A DNA stretch of 64,000 nt from Diplonema japonicum (lineage: Eukaryota > Protista > Euglenozoa: Diplonemea). The notes below the pieces were generated by a model. It had not been told where the DNA came from, did no database searches, and saw only the letters and a list, made by a program, of their open reading frames with translations. The translations under genes and the position numbers were made by a program. Below are positions 57,701-64,000 of this stretch, one piece after another. The stretch spans positions 744,001 to 808,000 of the forward strand of contig OZ025658.1 of assembly GCA_964019335.1 (NCBI GenBank), in the 5' to 3' direction. Positions within the stretch are counted from its first letter, which is position 1. Each line of letters opens with the position of its first letter.

Positions 57701-60693
57701 AAGACGAGACCACGCCGTGTTCATGCGGCCAGACGCCCGGTTGCATGTGGAACGCAGAGGCTTCGAGGTGCGGGGCGTCGATGTTCGCGAACTGCCCCGC
57801 CGTGGACTTTGTGGTCGCGATCGATGGTTCCCTCAGCATGGGCGATCGCTTCGGGCGCCACCCGCATGGCTTCTTCGCGGTGACGGAGATGGTGTTGAAC
57901 CTTGCGGAAAGGCTGCCCCTGACGGGGGAGGCTGCGAGTGTGGCCAGCAACGCGTCCCTTGCTTCTGGTTTCCGTGTCGGTATGGTGCAGTTCTCAGCAC
58001 AGGCGGTGAAAACCCCTACCGGGACTGGAACTGGGGGCAGACTGTCCGGTGTTCTTGCTGAGATTGACGACGATGTGCACTGGCACGAGGGCCAATTCAC
58101 CACACACGCGACGGACGCCTCGTACCTCACCCAAGCGATGGAGATGGCAGCGAAAATGTTTGACAGCTCGCCTGCAGACAGGAAGAAAGTGCTGCTGGTA
58201 GTCGCCGACGGAGACATCCCTGACGCGGAGGCTAGCTCGATGGTGACGGTGCAGGGGCTTCTGGAGCAGCAGAGAGTGCAGGTGTTTGCCGTTCACGTCA
58301 GGCAGTTTGATACCCCCAGCCCGCAGGATGAGAAAGCCGCCACACAGATGGAGGCTTTTGTGACAAACCCGTCAACCAGCCACGCACAGGGTGTGACAAT
58401 GAGAGAGCTGGAAGATGTGTTCACGAACCTTTGCAATGAGAGCAGCACCTTCGGTTACTTCCTCTCCAAGCACGGGGAGTCCGTGCATAAGAGCCATTGT
58501 TCGGAGTGGACAGTGCTATCAGGCTGTGAGACTGACAGCTCCTGCGCCTGGAACATGGTGAAGGAGTCATGTGTAGCGAGCTCTTGTGTGCAGCACTGCA
58601 CCCAGGAGTCGTGTGCGGCCGACGTTGGAAACATGTGCGGCTGGGATAGTGCCTCGTGCTCGAGGAAGGTGTGTGCCCACCCCGTGAGGGACACGTGCAA
58701 CGCGGTGCAGGGCTGCAGGTGGATCACTGGTGTGACCGGTGTTGAAGAGTGCGCGCCTGATGTGGGCTGCCCCGCCAGGTACACAGAAAACCTGTGCGTT
58801 GCCGACGTGAACTGCAAGTGGGACGCCGTGGGCAGCCTATGCAAGGAGAGGCACGGTTGTGTGGTATACACTTCCCTCCCGAAGTGCAACGCCGACGGGG
58901 AGTGCGCTTGGAACACCGCCACCGCGCAGTGCGAGGACAAAACTGGATGCGCTGTGCACACAGCCGAGCAGACCTGTACCCCCGATGCTTTGTGCAACTG
59001 GGACGCGGTGAACAGCGTGTGCGTGGAAAAGAACTGTGCGTACTACAAAGACGTGACAGCGTGCGAAGCACCGGAAGTGGGGGGTGCCTGCAAGTGGAAC
59101 ACCACGGATGGAAAATGCATAGAAGTGGCCGGCTGCGCATCGTACAACGCTGATGCGGGATCGGCACATGCCAACTGCAACAACGACATCGCGTGTGAGT
59201 GGAAGGAGAATACTTGTGTGGATAAGTATGGATGTGCGAAATACCTTGCGGAGGTGATCTGCGACAGGAGCAGGGACGAGAATGGCGTGCAGTGCGCATG
59301 GAACGGCACCGTGTGCGAGCAGGCAAAGGGGTGCGCCCGCCACACCGACAGCACAACATGCTTTGGCAGCCCTGCCGGGAACTGCGACTGGTTCACCGGT
59401 GACGACATGGGGACAGCCAGTGGCGAAGCGGTGTGCGCCGAAGAGTGTGCGGCGAGGACCTCCGAGCCTGTGTGCACAGAACAAGCAGGCTGCGGTTGGG
59501 TCGACGGCAGCAAGTGCGTGAAGTTAGGCTGCGCGGTGCACACGATGAAGCAGCCCTGTGACGACGACAGCAGAATCGGCGGGTGCGAGTGGCTGCCCGA
59601 CGAGGCAAAGTGCATGCCCAGGAGCCCTGGTGCGTGCTTTATGCGGGACACGAAGGAGTCCTGCACCGCGGGCACCAGTTCTGAGCTGAACAAATGCAAG
59701 TGGGTAGAGGCGAACGACAAGGATGCGGCACCTGAGCAACTTGACGGGGCGTGTATTGTTAACCCCAACCATGGAAAGTGCGGTTTAAGTAACGCAGAAT
59801 GCTGCAAGTGTAAGCCCGGGTGGTCAGGCCCTGAGTGCAACGTGTGCGGCTTCGACGAGTCGAGCGACAGGGAGGTGTGCACGTTGTGCAGCAGGGAAGG
59901 CACCTGCTCGGGGCACGGGAAGTGTGGGGAAGACAACCTGTGCGTGTGCGACGGCGGGTGGACCGGGGCGGACTGCAGCCTCCGAGGGTGTGCAGACACG
60001 GCCCCCTACTGGTACACGGCGTACCCGAACCAGCCACTGAGGGGTGAGACTTTCAGCTTAATCATCCATGGGTGCTTCAACGCAAGCAGCACGAAGGACC
60101 GCGTCGTGCGTGTAGTGAACGCGACGACAGGGGACCCTGTCGAGGACTGCAAGCAGACAGCCTCGCAGTGCACGGAAACAGAGGTCAACAATGGGCTGAA
60201 GATTGGTGCAGGGGACTGCATGAAGGCGGTACAACAGAACACGTCGTTGGTGGAGCCCGTGGCGGAGATGGAGCTGCTGGTGGACGTGACAGCGACCTTC
60301 GAGGCGACAAGGAACGAGTACACAGTGTGCTGGTTTGATGGGACCGGCTTCAAGCCGCTTGTGACGCACGACCGCGATGGGGACAGGAAGGACACAATCA
60401 AGGTCACTGCCGAGCGGGATGCTGATACCGGTCTCGCAACCGAGAGGGCCACACCTGCAAGTGAGGAGTGCTGCGAGGGGCTGAAGCTGGGTGAGCTGTG
60501 CCTCCCTGCTGCCCTGGTACTTGTGCTGTGGATTGTGCTCGTTGCCCTCATCGTCTACCTTGCCTTCTTCCTGGTCAAGAGCCAGAAGGAAAAGGCCGAA
60601 CTGGACGGTGGGTCCAACAAGAAGTTCGACGACTTCGAAATGGAGGACGGCAACCGCACCATGCTCAGGGACGAAGACAAGGTGGTCAACTAG
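21795..60693 (+). CDS. Giant type-I membrane protein (~12,970 aa): C-type lectin / vWA / EGF-like / CxW-repeat adhesin-like; one frameshift at ~35457
   Basis: Signal peptide at 21795; single TM at 60508-60576; short tail to TAG at 60691-60693. The Cys repeat pattern runs continuously from the 4577-aa ORF into the 8502-aa ORF at AAATGCGCCTGCGGGGCAG. Confidence 0.88.
21849..22775 (+). other. Cadherin-like beta domain + C-type lectin 1 (EPN/WND intact)
   Basis: GILQMSG...EYAQAIASVTF; TGHFYEY...WDDAQ..C...GYLVTITSQDEQ...WIG.AD...EGEWRW.TGPE...WESGEPN...EDYG...WND...GYVCEW. Confidence 0.85.
24195..31910 (+). repeat. vWA domains 1-5 separated by CxW Cys-rich repeats
   Basis: CPxxD-hhhhh-DGSxS starts at 24195, 26175, 28077, 29688, 31269. 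Confidence 0.9.
32262..37527 (+). repeat. 32 tandem EGF-like repeats (DEC...C-x3-GQ-x-C-x-D...DW-x-C-x-C..P..G...C)
   Basis: Counted from the translation; 6-Cys and 8-Cys variants mostly in a period-3 order. Confidence 0.8.
38482..58440 (+). repeat. vWA domains 6-18 in ~1.5-kb units with CxW linkers
   Basis: Starts at 38482, 40033, 42409, 43969, 45481, 47026, 48577, 50113, 51676, 53191, 54748, 56269, 57793. Spacing is 1512-1563 nt except across the lectin-2 insert. Confidence 0.9.
41200..41970 (+). other. Cadherin-like beta domain + C-type lectin 2 (degenerate sugar site)
   Basis: TGHYYRYY...WEDAKQAC...GYLMTVTSDTE...WMG...WTW.TGPE...WMSGEPS...EWGS...GYACEW. Confidence 0.8.
59770..60576 (+). 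other. Membrane-proximal EGF domains, stalk and transmembrane helix
   Basis: CKCKPGWSGPEC; CSGHGKC...CVCDGGWTGADC; AALVLVLWIVLVALIVYLAFFLV followed by K. Confidence 0.85.
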
Positions 60694-61395
60694 TAGAAGT
60701 TACTAGAAAAAGTGAGCTGAAGCCGGTGAAAAGCCGGGAGGGTCTTAAATCAGCTCTTAAATCACCCTTTTGTATGTTTTGTGTTTTTTTTTCTCCTTCA
60801 AAAACCTTTTACTTCTAATTCATATTTCCTCTCTTCCCTCCCTCCTCCACCGCTCTTTGATCAGATGCCGGGGATCCAAAAGACTTACCCAAGTTAAAGC
60901 TGAAGTAGCTTTCTGGGCAACAATCTCGTGGCCTTGGTCGCCAGAGCAGGTGTTTAGAGAACGGGATCTTGACTTCTTGGTCCTAGTTCTTGTTCAACGT
61001 AACGTTCCTTTTAATTCGCGAGATGGAAAGTTGTGCAATCCTATTGCCTCTCGCTGCTCTCTCTCCTAGCCATCGTTTGCCGCACAACGGGGTCTCGGTC
61101 CTAGTTAAATGGTGGCGCATGCACACAATACCACAACAAGCCGAGCAGGTGCCCAAAGATCATGGGCACCATTGTGGCTTTTAGGTGTTTAGCATCTTAC
61201 AGAATTTAGAAAAAAGAAGAAGAATAAAAAAAAAAGAATCCATTTTTTTTTGTTGCCAACATGTAAAGGGCGAACAAGACGGACGCCCTCCACTCAGAAT
61301 CACATATCTATCTATCTCCCAATTTTTATTTTACTTTCTTTTAACACTGTTAACACTTTGAACCAAGGTGCTTTTTTTTTTTTGTCCCTCTCTTC

Positions 61396-61442
<47 letters not shown>

Positions 61443-61471
61443 GACCCCTTCCCTGCTGAGAAGTTTAATGG

Positions 61472-61506
<35 letters not shown>

Positions 61507-61550
61507 AAGACATATTTGGAAAGTCTTTTTTTTACTTAACTTGGGGTTCC

Positions 61551-61636
61551 CTATTTGTTTCTTCTTCCTCTTCTTTTGCCCTTCTTCCCCTCTCTTTCTT
61601 TTAGGGTGGCCGCTGTGTCACATACCGCATGGCACC
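61551..61636. other. Conserved non-coding motif, copy C
   Basis: CTATT...TTTTAG GGTGGCC GCTGTGT-CACATACC-GCATGGC ACC; a different stem sequence around the same loop. Confidence 0.45.
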
Positions 61637-61711
61637 ACTAAAATCGAGACTACCTTTTGTTTCCTCTAAATCTATTTGCATCACATTCTCCGTGACGCGA
61701 TGGGTTTCGTC

Positions 61712-61745
<34 letters not shown>

Positions 61746-62323
61746 AATGCTTTGAACCGCGGTGCTTCTTTTTTTCCTTCTATCTCTCTCCGTCACTTTA
61801 CAACACAACAACAAACACAATCAAAAACTTGATTTTCACCAAATGCTTTGAACCAAAGCACTTTTTCCCTTTTTATTTTCGCTGCAACGCCAAATAGTGT
61901 TGCAACGCCCAGCACTCGTTCTTGTTTCACTTTTAATTTTGCACCCTAGGAATACAGAGACCCTGCCAATTTCTTTTTTTTTAAAAAAGAACAAAAGGAA
62001 ACAAATCCATCTAAGAGAAAAGGTTAAAGAACAACAAAAAGCGAGTGTTCCAGGCTCTCTTCGTTGTACCGCCTTTTCTGTGGATGATTTCCTTTTCTTT
62101 TTAAAAATTGTATCCTGGGGGGGGGGGGGGGGGGGGGGCTTGCCTTTCTTCTTGTCACAAAAGAGGAACTGACCGGGTCTCCTCCCCCTCCCATTATGTT
62201 CCCTTCCTTACTTTCTCTTTTTCATTTTATTATTTTGTTTCATTGCGTCAAAATTGCATCAGCCAAAGGTGTAAAAAAATAAAATAAAAGAAATGAAGGC
62301 CTTCAAAAGCAACGACGGTTCAA

Positions 62324-62386
62324 GCAGCACAGTCCGGCCACTTCGAGACAGTTAAATAACTCGTCGAAAGGGCGAACAGTGACTGA
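62324..62386 (+). pseudogene. Ankyrin-repeat remnant
   Basis: AAQSGHFETVK*LVERAN resembles the ankyrin consensus AAxxGHxExVKYLxExGA, with TAA (62357) where a Tyr codon is expected. Confidence 0.4.
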
Positions 62387-62777
62387 GAGGTGCGACTCAC
62401 TCCGCCATGGGACTCATCGGCAGCCAAGTCGCACGTGACTAGTAAAGGGACAAGCGGAAGGAGAAGGAACAGAAGGAAGCGTTGAAGAAGACCGATACGC
62501 AGGGTGACACCTGGCAAGAGAGTTCACGAACTACAAGGGTTTGCACTAAAATATTAGAAAGAGCACAGATAGGGAGACACAAATCCACACAGTACACAGA
62601 AGCTGTGGCTGACACCAGCTGTCCTGCTAGCTTGCTCCTCTTCGTCACACACACACCAAGATCAAGTGTATTTTCTCTTCTTGTTCTTCGAATTGTTCAT
62701 TGGCCTTCGTGACCCACTCCTCAGCGACTTTGTTCGCCCCAACTATGGAAAAATAAAATTCAAGGTATTGGGGATGG

Positions 62778-63172
62778 TTGGTCTTTTACGCCTTTGATGT
62801 GAGTAACCCGCAGCAGCCGAGGCTTCTGGGAACGTACGAATTCAGAAACAAAAGGGGAACTGTCCGTTGCGCCCTCTCTCTACACGTGATCGGGACAGTC
62901 GCCTACGTGGGATCGGATTTGAATGGGTTCATGGTGCTCGATGTGAGCGAGCCTTCTGCGATCACGCTCATCGGCACCTTCGAGATCTCTCTAAGATCGA
63001 AGGGGTGTTCGTGTCTGGAACGACGGCATATATTGCAAGCCTCTCAAGGGGATTAGTCCTGTTCGATGTGGGGACACCTTCTTCCCCCACCCCTATTGGT
63101 AACCTGAGGACCTTCCGCGATGCGACTGCGGTGGCTGTGAGGGGTGCCACTGCCTACGCTTGGAGTACATAA
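62778..63172 (+). pseudogene. LVIVD-repeat protein fragment with a frameshift
   Basis: AFDVSNPQQPRLLGTY; GTVAYVG...GFMVLDVSEPSAITLIGTF; frame change near 62985; GTTAYIA...GLVLFDVGTPSSPTPIG; RGATAYA*. No signal peptide or intact start seen. Confidence 0.75.
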
Positions 63173-63892
63173 ACATGGCATGTTCCTTCCCTTTGGCTCT
63201 TCCTTTGTAGAAGTACTCGAATCCTTGATGCTCCGTGGCTGGGAGCTTTCTTTTCTGTTATTTCCCTCCTTCTTTTCTTCTGTCTCTCCTTTTGCAGATA
63301 TTGAAAACGAAAAGGAACAGAGACATGAAAAAAGAAGGCGATAGAAGAAATTTGTTTGGGGCATATGATAGAACGGGAAAATAATTTTCCTCTTCTGTAT
63401 TGCCCTTCCTCCTCTCTTTATTTTGTTTTTCTCTCTCTTTTACAAAGAAGTGAACGAGGGTACGCAATCCCGCTTCGTTACCTTCATTTACCTTGTATTT
63501 TGGTCTTTTTTATAAATTTGTTTCAATACGCGATTGTCCTGCACCTTTCCTCCGTGGAACCTGATGTGAACGAATAAAGATAGGAAGGACAAAGAAAAAT
63601 GAAAGAGTATTCTGGTCTCAACTCTTTTTTTTTTTCTTTCCACCTTTCTTTTTGTCTTTTTCTATTCAGTCTTCTTGGCTGTTTCTCAGCTTCTCGGCAC
63701 CCGGCATGACATCGAAAGGTTGCTTTTGATTGTTGGAAAGGAAGGAACACGAGGCACCCGCGTGCCAGTTTTTTTTTTTCTCCCATTTCCCTTTTTTACC
63801 TGTCTCCTTCTTCCTTCCTTTCCCCCCAATCATCCCAAAAAAAAAAACATTTTGAACACGCCGACAGCTTGAAAAGAAAAAAGAGGAAAAAA

Positions 63893-64000
63893 ATGCTGGC
63901 CCGAATCCTGTTGTTGTGGTTGTTCGCTGTTGTGGTTGTTGGTGCGACCGTCGAGGAGCTAGCACGGATCGGCGGGGCGGGCCCGCTGGCGGGGGAGACC
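63893..64000 (+). CDS. N-terminus of a secreted protein, running off the window
   Basis: MLARILLLWLFAVVVVGATVEELARIGGAGPLAGET...; signal-peptide-like, and composition switches to GC-rich. Confidence 0.65.
   Translation, partial: MLARILLLWLFAVVVVGATVEELARIGGAGPLAGET

Noticed and set aside
60860-61190. Complex non-coding stretch with hairpin GGTGCCCA...TGGGCACC (61148-61170)
   Set aside because: Single occurrence, with no recognisable protein or RNA motif.

Overview
Eukaryotic nuclear DNA. GC-rich, mostly intronless genes all lie on the + strand, separated by poly(T)/poly(A)-rich spacers. This layout suggests a trans-splicing euglenozoan, probably a diplonemid (inference). In order: (1) the 3' part of a secreted multidomain tyrosinase (1-1986), within a ~4.8-kb block repeated 14,456 bp downstream; (2) a frameshifted LVIVD-repeat gene ending in an unnamed Cys-rich domain; (3) a trefoil + GH38-like/DUF5054 glycosidase; (4) a catalytically degenerate kinesin fused to a beta-helix; (5) a (TCCCT)n tract; (6) the complete tyrosinase; (7) two small intron-containing genes the ORF track misses, flanking a decayed pogo/DDE_1 transposase; (8) a 38.9-kb intronless gene, broken by one frameshift, for a ~12,970-aa type-I membrane protein with 18 vWA domains, 32 EGF-like repeats, 2 C-type lectins and roughly 200 CxW repeats; (9) ankyrin and LVIVD remnants and the start of another secreted protein. 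The main leads are the giant surface protein (ligand sites intact only at its distal end), the mobile Cys-rich domain, the purine-rich introns, and a three-copy non-coding motif centred on the complement of the GTATGT splice donor. All family assignments come from motif recognition by eye; no searches were run.
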